The notes under the pieces were generated by a model, which did not search any database, had not been told where the DNA came from, and was given only the letters and a program-made list of their open reading frames with translations. Source: Raillietiella orientalis (lineage: Eukaryota). Taken from it: a stretch of 64,000 bases of DNA. Where the stretch lies: assembly GCA_036172245.1 (NCBI GenBank), contig JAYWIR010000024.1:992001-1056000 (forward strand), in the 5' to 3' direction. Both the position numbers and the translations under genes were made by a program. Shown piece after piece: positions 1 through 12,700 of this stretch (its first letter is position 1; each line of letters begins with the position of its first letter).

Positions 1-210
1 ACTGACGTGGCCTGGATTCGGGCTCAAAACCCCCACAAACTCGCTCTTAGCTGGAAGGCCTGAGGAGAGGATCTCTAGTTCGGGGGAACTTCTGAACACC
101 AGCCAGCTTGCCGCTGCTCCCCTGCGGAGAGTCATCCATTCCGAACCAGAGTGACACAAAGGAGAGATGTGGTAGCTGCCTCTGCTGCTGCTCATCGCTG
201 GAAATACAAG

Positions 211-630
211 ATGGATAAGATGCTCGTAAGTTGATCTCGGTCCTTCGCGTACGTCACTGGAAATTTTCTTTTCTTTTCTTTTCTTATTTGTTTGTTTGTT
301 TTTTTTTTTTCTTCTTCTTCTTCTTCTTCTTCTTCTTTTTTGGGGTTTTGTTTTGTTTTGCCGTTCGCACTGCCACGCCTCCAGATTACGCTGCTTTTTG
401 GATTCTTGGTGATTGTTTCTCTGGCACTGTCCGAGGACGTCGACGCCTCGCAGAAGGATAGCACCAGCAGCTCCGAGGACTTTGAGACGCTCGGGGAAGT
501 TGGCAGGAACTCGACCGCCGCCTACGACACAGCGACAGCCACTTTCGAAGAAACGTCGACCGGATCGACCGAAGAAGCGTCGACAGTGGAGCACGTGCCC
601 AGAACCTCGGAGGCTGCGGATAATAACTGA
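211..630 (+). CDS. Small secreted acidic Ser/Thr-rich protein (2 exons: 211-225, 385-630; ~86 aa)
   Basis: ATG GAT AAG ATG CTC|GTAAGT donor at 226, pyrimidine-rich intron, CCAG acceptor at 384. The in-frame join gives MDKML-ITLLFGFLVIVSLALS-EDVDASQKD... (signal-peptide-like N-terminus, then E/D/S/T-rich body with an N-S-T sequon). AATAAA at 872-877. Confidence 0.65.
265..340 (+). repeat. T-rich / (TTC)n microsatellite in intron
   Basis: Poly-T followed by about nine TTC units. Confidence 0.9.
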
Positions 631-3600
631 TGCAGGGGGCCGCCTCTGTACCGAGGCAGCCCACCCCTCACGAGAGGTGGAAAGGCAACGTGCCGGAGCA
701 GCGTTTGTTGCACGTGCACGATGCCCAAAGAAATCCACGAAGAACAGTGAATAGCTGGGAACAGAAAATCGATCACCCCATGTGCATGTGTATGTAGTGT
801 GTGCGTGCTGTTGAGTGTCTGAGCTTTGGCTCTGGTTGGCCCGACACGAAGTGTGACCTGTTGAATGTGTCAATAAAGCAATGAGAGACGCATGCTGTCC
901 CCAGTCTCCTCACTTCCATTACGAGGCATCCTGCACTGTTCTCGCCATTCCGAGTCCCTCCCCCTTCGAGCTCCCCGTAGCGGAGGAAGCAGAGTGTTTC
1001 TGCCAGTGAGGCACTGCGACCCCACCCCCTGCCCCCTTCCTCCTTGGTCTACTCCTCAGAGTTCGTCCAGCGTGCTTCCCCCACCAAGGGCGTAGTCTGC
1101 TCTGGAAGGACGATCAGGAAAAGTCTCGGAGTGGTAGGGGGGGAGGGTGAGCGGAGCGGAGGGACGAGCGAACGGCCCCTCTCTCGCGGCTGCTTTGAGA
1201 GAACGAGGAGTTGTTGGAGTTCGCTTTCCTGCTTCCTTTCCAACCAGAAAACGCTAGGCCCTCTCCCGCCATCGGCTGCTGGAGGTGAGAAGGTCACTTC
1301 TTGAGTCCATGCCGTAAATTCCCCAGGAGATGCCTGTCCTTGGAGACCGACTGTCCCTCGATTTCTCAGCAAACTGCTCGGTGCGCGCTCCTCGCATCGA
1401 GAGACGTATGTCCAGGTGGCCACGCTGAAAAACGTTCCAAGGTCCCCAGTTGGACTGTGCATCATCCAGTGGCTCGAAGGCGTGATTTGCTCATGGATCA
1501 CCACGCTCATAAATCAGGGAGAGGACACCCAGAATTTCAGTTCTTTGTCGAGATGAAAAAACCTCCTCGGCCTCCTGGCGATGCACGCTGAAGACCAGAA
1601 TCAGACATTGTTGGTGGGCCGGCTATGCGCAGCGGTGGAGCAGAAAGAAACCACCACGGCTCAGCTGGGCTGAGTCTAGGGAAATCACAAAAAGGGAAGC
1701 AAACGAGGGTCTCTTCCTCTCAAGAGGAACTGGGCCATTCCCTTTGCTTTTCCTTTTTATTCTTGTTGCTGCTGCTTCCCTCTTCCCTCTCCTCCCCTCC
1801 TCCTCCTCGAGAAGATTCTCTTGATGTGTAGTAAAAGAGAGAAAAGCAAGAAAGAAAAATTCCGACTGGCATGAGTCTATAAGTCCAGGTCCTTTGCACA
1901 CCCCTTCGAGTTCCAGAAGGAAAACGTTGGAAAGATTTCCATTAATCCCCACTTCCAGGTTCGAGTACCGCGCCCTTTCTATTTGCCGTTGCATACCAAG
2001 GTGTCATCATGAGTGCCACCAGAAACGAAGCCAGGAGGAGTTTCGGCCTCGAGGTGCGGTCCCGGTCAGCGAAGCCTCAGGGTGGGGTCAGGTGGCTGGA
2101 AAATCGAGCGCTCCGCTGTTGCGCGAAAGCCAAACACCAGCCGAGGACCTGACTTCGATCAAGGCGACCCGATGTTCAGGAAAAGGATGTCATCCAGCGG
2201 CGGTGATGTCGAGAGCGAAAGGAAGAGAGCAGAAGAGGATCCGAGAGGACTTGGGTTTTTGGACGAGTCATCGCCTACAGCGAACACGTGTTCCCGATGA
2301 GCCAGGTCGCGGAAAATGCAGTGAGGGAATTCCCGCTGCTTCGCGGCGTGGTTCCATCTCGAAATTCGAGAAAAGGAAGACGAAACGGGATGCAGCAGGA
2401 TCGTATCTGATTACAAGGAATCCTGGATTTCCGGTGACAGCTTTTTCAAGGAAGCCATCCATTTAAAACTCATCCGTTGGATCCGCCAAGAGTGCGCCAG
2501 AGGACTCCTCAGTCATCCTCTTGATAATTGAATCACATTTCGGCCCAGATATTACATTTATCACGTTTATTTTATTAGCTGTCAAATTTTATTACGTTCA
2601 TCATATCGATTTATTATATTCCTTAATGCAAGTTAATGGAGAAGGAGTTACCACCATCCTACCATCTTCCAGTCCCCCTGTTCTCTTTCCCCTTCTTTTG
2701 ATTTTCAGATGTTCTGTCATTATGGGCGATGATACACCCTATGCTTCCTTCCGATCTATCCCTGGAACACTGTGTATTCTTGGAACCTATTTCTTCCTGA
2801 TATACCCCAGCTGGACCTTGGAGTATTTTTAATTTCCTCTGGCTCTTGCTCATTGCTCGGATACCTTTCTCTGATTGCTCTTAAGGCGGCGAGGATCTCC
2901 TCTGTAGGCAAAGCAAAGAGCGAGCCCTCGATATCCGCTCTCTTCCCTCCCCGTTGCCTCTTCCAGAGCCATTGATGAGTACTCGTACAGGCAGCCGACC
3001 TCCGGAACGATGACCTTGACTTGGAGCATGAGACCCGGCTTTAGCTACGTATCGTTTCCCAGAATGGTGTGTGGTTTGCTTCCACTAGTTCCCAGTCTAG
3101 GAGTCCTCACTTTATCAAATTTCCATGTCTCCCGCTTACCACAGTATGGTTAAAGGTGCACCTGTGATCACCATAATCACAGATGGCAGTTTGGATGAGA
3201 TTGGATGACCACAGAATCCAGCTGATCACTTTACATCGAGTTCTTGATCACACGCGGACTGTCCCTGACGAAGGTCGGGGTGCAGCACCGAAGGTTTCTT
3301 TTAAGCACCCTGATGCTCTTGCTGTCCTAGCCTGGCACTCAGGCTGGAACGGTTTGGCATTGGATCCTTCGGTGATGGGAATCGCTCTTATCTGTGAGTA
3401 GCCCACCGGGCATTCCCGCATCATTTGTGCGTTTCCGTTGGACACATGGCTTTTTCTTGTCTTTCCAACTCTGATTCGAAAATGGCTTGAAAACTCCTTC
3501 AGGGATGCTGTTCGCTCTGTATTACCGCTCTCTCTAAAACTCTTTCCTCAGAGCTCTCCACCAGATCTAAAAATAATTTCGAACACGAGTTAGTTGAAGT

Positions 3601-4678
3601 GCTGCGCATCAAGCAAGGGATGTCGGGAGGAAAAAAAACATCAAGATGTATTTGTCTTCGTGAAGCAGTCACTCGAGGAAGCGTAAGAATGCACTTCGGA
3701 GGCAGCAAGTGAAAGCTGGAGCACCTATGAAGTCCAGTGGCCCGTCGGCTCCGCCAAATAGACGGCCCGCTTGAATAAACTTGAGTCGTTGGGAAAAATC
3801 ACTTGTTTAACGGCTAATGGCTAATGAAAGATGACTGACAATGGCGGATGATGTACGAGAATGCAGAATGTTTTTTATTAATTTGAGAGATTAGTGACAG
3901 CAGGAATCGATCGAATCCCAAACCCACCCCAGCGCAATCGATGATGACGGCGGTGTTCGAGACATCCAGCATATTTCTTCCTTCCAGTGTGACCGTGACC
4001 CAATTTTTGCCAACTGGTTCGAGGACTGTTCGAGCTCCCTCTTGTGGATGCTGGAACGAACTGCTACTACTAGCCAACGCATTTTCAAAAGCTGAAACTG
4101 ACGTTGATAAAATGTGGTCCTTCTTCAATCGAATCCACCCGTCCTGCTTTCAAATTTATGTGTGAGGCTGCTGGCGTTCAGTCAGCAAGGTGGGTTCAGT
4201 CAAAGCTACACAAATGAGAAATTTGGAAACTGAAGACAGCCGAGGAAGTTATTCAATCTCCCATACTGCTGTATGGGAGATTGCCGCTTTGCTGGCACGA
4301 TATACCATTTATCTTCTCGGTTTTATGTTACGTACTTGTGTATGAAAGTATGGTGTGCTAAAGTTCCACGGATGTATTATGTTTTGAGGGGTGATGAGAA
4401 GACAAAAAATGCAAACATGATCCATATGCGTGCGCACACTTCAAACATCGTGTGTTTCTAGAAAGAGCCTCAGCTGGATATGAAGACCCATCTTCTCAGC
4501 TAGATATTCGTTGCCTGTTTTCTCACAAATATGCTAAGCGCATTTCAGAAAGCAAACAACCCTTTTCTCCTACCTCTCGGAAGCGAGCAGAGGGAAAAAA
4601 TGGATCCAGGATTTGACATCCCTCTTCAACAAGCAGCTACTAATGGTAACGCATGCTCCTGTGATAGCTACGGCTTGG

Positions 4679-4943
4679 CTTGTGGAACGTCTCTTGAGTT
4701 CATCCACAAAACGTCTGAAGTCCCAAACAGCAACAAAAACCTCGTGCCGGATCACCAAGTCTTGATTGCTTTACCCTAAATGAGATTTAACTGGACAAAT
4801 TAGATTAACTGACTAACACAGATTTAACTAGATAAATCTGACTTAAGGTAGAGAAATCAAGACTTATTGATTTGGCACGAGGTTTCTGTTGCTGTTTGGG
4901 ACTTCAGACGTTTTGAGGATGAACTCAAGAGATGTTCTACAAG
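4679..4943. mobile_element. Palindromic MITE-like / foldback element
   Basis: 4679-~4790 is an imperfect reverse complement of ~4830-4943 (shared core CTCTTGAGTTCATCC.CAAAACGTCTGAAGTCCCAAACAGCAACA.AAACCTCGTGCC); no coding capacity. Confidence 0.75.
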
Positions 4944-5759
4944 AAAAGCTACTGTGAAAGAACAAATTTGCGTTGAAATTCTGTGATTGCAAATCATACC
5001 AAAAAAAACTCCATTCATCTGATTCTTCATTTTTCTTTTGGACGATAGTTTTCATATAAAGCAACCCTGGGGAAGATTTCTGTCTCAATGAGCCGTATAC
5101 CCGTTTAAGACATGCACTACTAACTTTCCTATACAACGAAAGGTAGTAGAAAATTTTCTATTTTTTCTTCCATTCTATTTTCTTTTTATGCCATATAAAG
5201 ACCTAATAATTCTACGGATTCAACTATTAGGTGGGTTAGCATAATCGACCTGTCAGTGGGTTCAAAGCAAAATGAGCGAAAGAGAAGCATCAGTTCCTTC
5301 CATTAAGCAGCAATTGCCCTCCAGGAAAATGAAACAAATTGATAGAGGGGGAATCGAAAGAGCCTACACAAAACCCTGGTTATCACTTCGTCTTCAATTT
5401 TATCAAAGTTTTAGATTCATTCGAGTCTTCAATCCTCAATTTGCTTTCCTCAATTAGGTTAGGATCGGGGAGCACAAATTGCACTCATTTTATAGTTCTC
5501 AGAGTACTTCACGAAACGATGGAGATTCATCCGCATATGTAGCACATCTTTACAGCATTAGTTTTCCTTCCCTGTAGCGAACGCGCACCCCGAAAAGACA
5601 CCAATTAAACGAAAGGATGGGAAAAGCTAATTTTTAGTAATCGATCGATCGCCACTGTGGCTGCTCTCAAGTGCATCTCGATGAGACGTTGGTACCTGCT
5701 TCTCTCCCTCAAGATTGCCGAGGTCGGCACACAACTGGGAATCAGAGGTGCGGAGTTGG

Positions 5760-5945
5760 CTGCGAAGAGTGTGCGCTGTGAGTCTCCTCCTCCGGTGGTC
5801 ACATGTCGCAGTGGTCACTTTGGAGCAGCTCCGTTCGCAAGGATACCCACAGACGCAAGCAGAGAGCGCGTTTCTCGGGCTGGCCGCCTTTTTTCGAAAG
5901 AAAAGAGGGTGCAGTCCTCACTTGTCAGCTTTGAAACCAATTCAC
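5760..5945 (+). mobile_element. hAT transposase C-terminal dimerisation-domain remnant
   Basis: Translation ARIPTDASRERVSRAGRLFSKEKR resembles the hAT consensus (L)SIPATSASSERVFSxAGxxxxxxR. Confidence 0.55.
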
Positions 5946-6949
5946 TCCAGCTGGAAGTTTCATTCCATCTTCGGTTGTTTCAGAAGAGAGAAGAAATTAA
6001 GCTCCATCTTAATTTCTCCTCATACTCCAAACCGGTTCGTAAATTCTTCTCGATGTTTTCGGCATCTGACATTTCCGTGCTGCACGCTGGATGCCGGATT
6101 CATTGCTCGTAAGATGAACAAACAGAATAAGTAGTTGTTAGGAAGCTGGTATTCCCCCAGCTTATGTTTTCCTTGAATGACAAGGATATTGCTATAGGGC
6201 GAGTTGAATAAGTGCACGGGACCCTGAAGTCTGGCATCCAATTCTGCTAAATGGGAAGTGACTTCTAGGAGAAATGCGAGACCACGAAGCGAATCGTTCT
6301 CCTCCGTACCGGGGAGCCCAGCGCCTTACCATTCCGCAAGCAACTGCATCTCTTCTCCATTTCCCACAAACGCTTTCACATCTTTACTAAGCCTCCTAGC
6401 CTGGAAATGATGCAGAAGATGCTCACACTCGGCCTCTGATCCGGATAAAAGTGGCTTCAATATTACAATTTTTAAAGAAATTCACATTTAAATTAGGAGC
6501 TCCATCTCTCGCAGGCTTTTCAACCTGGCAGATTGAGTTCTTAGCATCCTAGCTCCACTTCCAATGATCCGATGGTCTTATTCCCATGGGATTACATTGG
6601 ATGAGGATGAATCCGCAAGAGCGTTCGTTTCTTTCCCATTCTTCTAATAAAAGAAAATGGAAACTGAGGTCCATTTTCCATAGCAGTTTGCTGCATCATA
6701 TTCCAAAGAGAGGAAAACGATCTTTTCTCAATGCTCCGATGCGAAAACATTACAGATGCCCGTCAAATCAGCCCCTCTCGGCTCTTGCAGATCCAGGACA
6801 AGCTCACTGTCTGCAAACGAATTCGCTTGGTCCGGGCCCAACACCTCAACACCTATATTGCACCTATTCCTGACACCGTCTCCAGCAAGTCCCCTTCCGA
6901 GTGCGGTTTGGGAACTTCAGCGACTCCCTCACTGACTGCGTAGTTCACA

Positions 6950-7300
6950 CGCAAGACACTTGTGGGTTTCCGACACGAGATGCTGCCATTCCAGAGTTTC
7001 CTCCAGGCGACGTGTTTCCATGGTTAGCAATATTTTCGGATCGTCGAGATGAAAAATATGGGCAGCATGCGCCGTTCGTGCTTTCCAAGTGGTTTGTGTC
7101 TTGTGGCAAAACGTCTCCCCGCTTTGCCTTTTGTCTTTTTTCGTGGCTGAAGCAGACTGCGGCAAATAAGGCGTGCAGCGTTCCCAGCAGCTTCGATGGC
7201 TTCACTAAGCGTCTTCCATTCTGCCTGCACTCGAGTGCAAAGACACAATGGAACTCCATGCTCTCTCCCTTTGACTACTATTTACCTTTCGGGGAGGGCA
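6950..7300 (+). mobile_element. Possible hAT transposase core remnant
   Basis: PRFAFCLF... and SAKTQWNSML resemble the hAT CxAHxL and TRWNS motifs in the expected order; highly degenerate. Confidence 0.35.
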
Positions 7301-10300
7301 CACATTCCTGCAGACTTGGAACATCCCATTTCAAAAATTGAGAAAAGAAAAAGGTTCGCCAAGCAGGTGCACAAGCTTGCTGAAGCTGAGAATTACAATG
7401 AGAAGCTGGAGAGTGCTGAGAAGTACCATTTAAGCACGAGCTTTTCAGCTTGGCTTAGCTCGCTCAAAAGCTGACATCCTGAGCCATGTCCCGGCTCGTT
7501 TGTGTGACTGAAGTGATGAACAGTGCATTTTAAAGTTGTGAGGTGGTAGACTTACAACAGCCAACCTCATCGTGAGGAGGTTGATTCCTGTTTCCAAACA
7601 TTTTTAAGGGGCTCAAAGAAAGACGTTTTCTGCCGTGGTCTAGGATTTCCCGATGGCTAATCCAATAAAATCAGAGTGCTGTGTGGCCTTAGTATAGGTT
7701 CCATACAAGTTTATAAGTATGAGACTACAAGGTCATTTCGGAGAAATGAAGCCATTTGTTGCGAGAAAATTAGCTCGGTAGGGTAGCGTGTATATGTAAG
7801 AAGAATTGGTTCTATTCAATTGATTGAATTGTGTCACTCCTTTCATTGGCACAAGAATAACAAGTTATCCGAAGCTCCCGATCCAAGCACATTCTAATCC
7901 CCACAGACAGGCGACTGAGATTAGTCATCTTCATTAATCAAAGTAGTCTCTGGGACGTCTGTGGTCCTGCATCTCAACATCTGTGATGGTTTCTGCAGCT
8001 CCGAACGGATTTCCAGGAGGAAGTATCTTCTGAAGGTTCCGTGCGTTTAATAGGCTGAGATTTTTGGTCTCATGTCATCCTGCCTACGTCACACCAGTGG
8101 TCACTGAATCTTGACAACCTTCCTAGTAGCCTACTGTCTGTGTATCTGCTCACAAACGGGGGAAAAAAGTATGCAGCACTGCCATTGGTAGTACCAAATT
8201 CAGAGTCTAGACTTTTCCGATGATTTTTTCCAACTTTTGGCCATTAAGACTAGCAATAGAAATGGCAAACAATCATGCATAACTAGGCTGAGACATCGCT
8301 TCGCAGCCTTTTGTCTGAGATTAAAATGCTCTTGACGATGGTGAAGAGCATTATCAGCAACTCATACCTCGACCTGAAGAATGTGAACTTTTCCTGGCCA
8401 GGACGAAGCCGGAGGAAAGGAAGCTGGAAGAGGTCCTCAGCGACCCCGACTTACAACTCCATCGCAACCTTTGGGCATGGGGGAGAAAGACTGGTCGAAC
8501 CATCTAGTAGCGGGTTCCCTTCACAATTTTCCTCAGGATAGCCGGCACTCGTCGAAGCGGAAGGAGGATGGAGTCTCACCCGATAAAGCACATGATTCGA
8601 GACCTTTGGGACGAAAAGAACTGAACCTATTCTCAGGTTTTCAATGGGTGAGAAGTCCGACTTGCCCTTGAACGCTAGAGCTCGAACTGTCGCATCCATT
8701 AGCACCACCAGTGGGCCTATTTTGGTGAGCAGAGCTGGCAACGTGAGATGAACCAAACATAAGGTTACGGCGCCCGATGGCGGCGCTCAGCAGATCTCAT
8801 GAAAAGTGTTGGTTGCCATGGACAGCATCTCGGTGGTTATGGAACCCGAGATCCGCTGAGGAGTGAGTAACGACTCACCTGCCGAAGCAGGTAATCCTGA
8901 AAATGGATGCTTCGCAAGAGTTGAATCGACCGAACCGCAGGGAAGGAGGCATTCCTCCCTTCTGGATGGAAGGTTCCTCAGGTCCTGAAGCTGCCTTCGG
9001 CGCAGATCATGATAGTAGTAACAAATACTCCAGTGAGATCCTAGAGGTCTCATGTGGAAGAGGGTTCCATGTGAACAGTCTTTGAGAATGGTTCAGTCGA
9101 TCCCCTAAGAAATCGATGAATTCACAACATTTGCACGACATTTATCTGTCTTTTCCCCGTATGTTTGGTAATTTCCCTCACTAACAATGCCATATCAGCA
9201 ATTAGCTGTTGGTAATCAAACTTAGCTAAGATGAACATGTCCAAGGTGTTTTTTTGCTCTCTCAAAGGAATGACTGTTGCCAAACCTAAACAACCATTGA
9301 GAAGGGAAAGCAAATGAGAGAAAAAGATTCAAAAAATTTTCGGCAGAGCTTTCTCTGAAGACATCTTTGTAAGGCAAAGAAATCAACCGCCCTTTGAGCA
9401 ACACTTCATAGATTTGTTACAACATTAACACTCCACTACCTCAGAACAATACCTTCGGTCTCTCTGAAGGCCTCACTCATCTACCCTGAAGAAACAGACA
9501 TTCTTTTCTTAAGAAAAAAGGACACAGCGAGCCCGCAAATTGAAACGAGAGGATAAACAAAAAAAACTCGGTGGACATGAGGGCGATGATCCCTTAATAG
9601 GAAGTGAATAAGACATTCTACATGTTGTGAATGTTTCTGTAGAAGCATTGATTTCCTTTAAAGTTGACGTCTGAGGTATGTTGCTAATTTATGTTTATAT
9701 CAGTTCGGGAATAATAATTGGATTAGTTTTTCAATTCTTGCATATCCTTCCTATTATCCAGCCAAATGCAAATGAACTTATTGACTAGTAAGAAAAATCT
9801 CGTCTGGTTTCAACTTTAGAAAGAAACAGAAGTTAAATGATTTTACCTTATTTAATAGTGTTTCCATGTGCTCCATGCAGAAAATAAAGATACTCCAAAA
9901 AAGAAAGATTTAGAAAGCTGAACTCATATCAGATAATTCCTAGCACGCAGATCAGATGGTTGTTATCTAGACCATCCAAACGATTTTTCAACTGATGTAC
10001 TGCACAACAAAAACGTATCTCAATTCTTTACCATCCTCCACATGAAGAGCTTATACAAACCACAACAAAGAGAGAACTGCTTTATCTAAAAGATAAAGAA
10101 GTTCTCTCTGACAATATATGTCAAATCTTTTAAAGCACTGATCATGGCATCCCTTTTCGAAATCAAAATTACAAACAGATTTCCGTTGGATCGTTCCCAA
10201 GTCATTGATTTTTGCTTTCAATCCCTGTACCAGCAGATGGAGAGACAGAAAGAAGTGGAAGAGGCAAGGGGGTAGTAGCAAGCAGTGATCAAGACCTTTG

Positions 10301-10311
10301 TCTCTCGTTCA

Positions 10312-12700
10312 TCAAAACAAGCCAAACAGCAATGTATGCAAAACGATCAAGCAATCGAAATGTGCATGGAGGTCGCTGCTTCCGGTTAGCCATGACGAAG
10401 AGCTCCTTGCGTCATAAATCCTCCATTTGTAGCGCTGCGCCACAGTCCCATTCATCCCAGAGATCAGAATGAGAATCGAGGCATGGTCACGAATTCCTCC
10501 GACGAAATCCTGAATCTTGCAGCAAACAACAACGTCGTGGCACGGATCTACCGCGTGTCTTCCATTTTCTAGTTCTCGCGATCTTCGGGTCGACAATCCT
10601 GATCCAAGAACTTGCTGCCAAGCGACAAACGATAGGAACGAATCGAAAGGTCATCCCAGACCACGGCCAATCTCTCGGACTCGACGAGAGACTGCGCTTC
10701 CACGGTCCCGAGTTTTTTGCCCCACAGGGGAAAGTGATGGCCAACCACAAGCGCAAATCCCGTCTGCGCTTCGTGCTCCTGGGGAGTGCCACTTTTGAAT
10801 CCCATCAGCGTTCAATTCCGGTCTTGCTCGCAGCTCTGTCAAATAGACTCCTGCTTGCCTTGTTTTCCGTATGCCCCATTTGCTCGTTGATACCTTAAAC
10901 CCAACGCAACTGATCTCGTGCTTGAGAGAAACGATGCTGAGGCCTACGAATGAGAAGGACTGCCAGAAACATGCATGGAAACGATCGTGGGCAAAAACAG
11001 GATGCAGCAAGGATGAAAGCGACATTACGGATAACAAATGAAAATGCGATCGAATCGACAAATACGCGTTGTGTAAAAAACATGGCATCTAATCAGAGAG
11101 GGAGGTTCCGTTTTCGGAAAGAAAATCAGTCCGTTCGGGCGTTCCTCTGTCTGTTTCACATTCGTCATTGGTGGTCTTCGGCAGGAACCGGAAGCTCCCA
11201 TTCCTGCAGAAGACCGAAGGTAACAGAAGAAGACTATTCTCGATTTCACTCGCAACCTCCTTGGAAAGATTTTCATCCCATGCACGTTGTTCCGATGAAG
11301 AGCAAGAACATGCAAGCCGCGCAACTTGTTTGCTGAGTGCGGGGGTGTCTCGCACGAAAGCGTGTCCCCAGCGTGACAGCACAAATAGCTTTTATTGAGC
11401 ACTCGGATGCGAAAGAGATCAGGCAAACTCAATCCCGATGCCTCCATGCATCCGAAGAGTTCACGGGCTCCAGCCACAGAGGGAGGGCACTTGCGTACAC
11501 GGGGAAAGTAACCGCGTAAAAGATCGGTATGCTTATCACCGGGGCGACCAGGCCTGCGTAAACGTAGGGATGCGGAAGCCAGTGTTTGCGGGGTCCCACC
11601 ATCATCGAGGAAGCTCCTGGATTCGTTGCGAGGAAACGATGATTCTGATCAGAAGTCGGCCACGATGATTCTGCGAACGGAAAATGCGATTCAGTTTTAT
11701 TTCGGATGTTTTGCCAGAAGCTTGAAATGCTCATCATTTTTTTTCATCCCATACCGTTTGAAGAGTTCTTGGGGCCTTCTCCTTCCAAAGTGCCTTCGCT
11801 CGAATGAGTGTGAAGTGAAAAAGTGGGATCCCCGACGCCGACAGCCGCACGTTTCTCTTCGCTGCGAGAAACGGGAACGAGAAGTACACACACACCTACA
11901 CAAAGAAGTCGCAAACCACACCCTATACTTTTGCATTCGCGGTGAGTCATCATCGGAGCACATGGAAACACTTTTGGAAGAAATAGCGGAGCCCAGTTCG
12001 AAACAAAGAACTCTATGCATTCGTGTTCCGATCCTCCGGTTCTGTGCCTGGAAGCTTGCTCTGTCTGCGACAAAAAATCCTCTCAACCGCGATAACATCT
12101 TCTTGAGATGCTCGAGGCATGCTCGCGATCGAGTGCGAACCTCTGGGTCCTTCGTGCATTCATCAAGAGACAGATACAAAGCAAAATAGAATTCTGCATC
12201 TGGTCTCAGTGCAGTCCTCAGGGCACGTGAGGGAGCAGCCGGTTCGAATGACAATGTTTCAAAGCTCGAAAGACATGCAAAAGCATCCATTTGGGACGGG
12301 GCGATCCAACTCGGAGGTCTCCCGAAATCGGGCCGAGGCGTACGAGACGAAATAGGAGGAGGAGCGCTCTCTTCCGAGTGCGTCCACACGCTCGCTTTGC
12401 GTATTGCCCTTATTCCTCATCTCATTATGGGCAATTTGATCTTCTATTTGAATTGCTTTCCCACTTCATTCTTTGTCCGGCTCGCTCGTTGCCTGCTGGC
12501 TGGTCCAATTCGAAACCGTGGAGGAGCCTTTGGTTTGGGCTTACAGAGCACCTGTGAGCACTTTCTCAAGAAAATGCCCACTTTTGCTCTCCAACCTGTC
12601 TTGCAGGAACCGATCTGCAAAGGTTTCACCAATGGGTGTGTCTACCTACATACACGAAAACCCTTCCTGCTGCCCCCATTCCAAAGTTCCGTTGAATTGA
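10312..12700 (-). pseudogene. Degenerate Polinton/Maverick-type protein-primed DNA polymerase B
   Basis: Colinear motif remnants across shifting minus-strand frames: zinc-finger-like KYRVW..SL.R..CGCRRRGSHFFTSHSFERRH; IIVADF* (ExoI, 11652-11669); PCFLHNAY..SHF (ExoII, ~11050-11088); WQSFSFVGLS (cf. DSxxFxxxSL); TRQAGVYL (cf. RKGVYPYEY, ~10840-10860); FVGGIRD (cf. IRGG, ~10486-10506); YDARSSSSWL (cf. YDPxKPSSYL). Many stops and frameshifts. Confidence 0.6.

Noticed and set aside
192..464. ORFs with poly-E/poly-F/poly-S runs
   Set aside because: Artefacts of the T-rich/(TTC)n intronic microsatellite
8300..9100. GC-richer coding-like tract, probably transposon-derived
   Set aside because: No motif could be recognised in any frame
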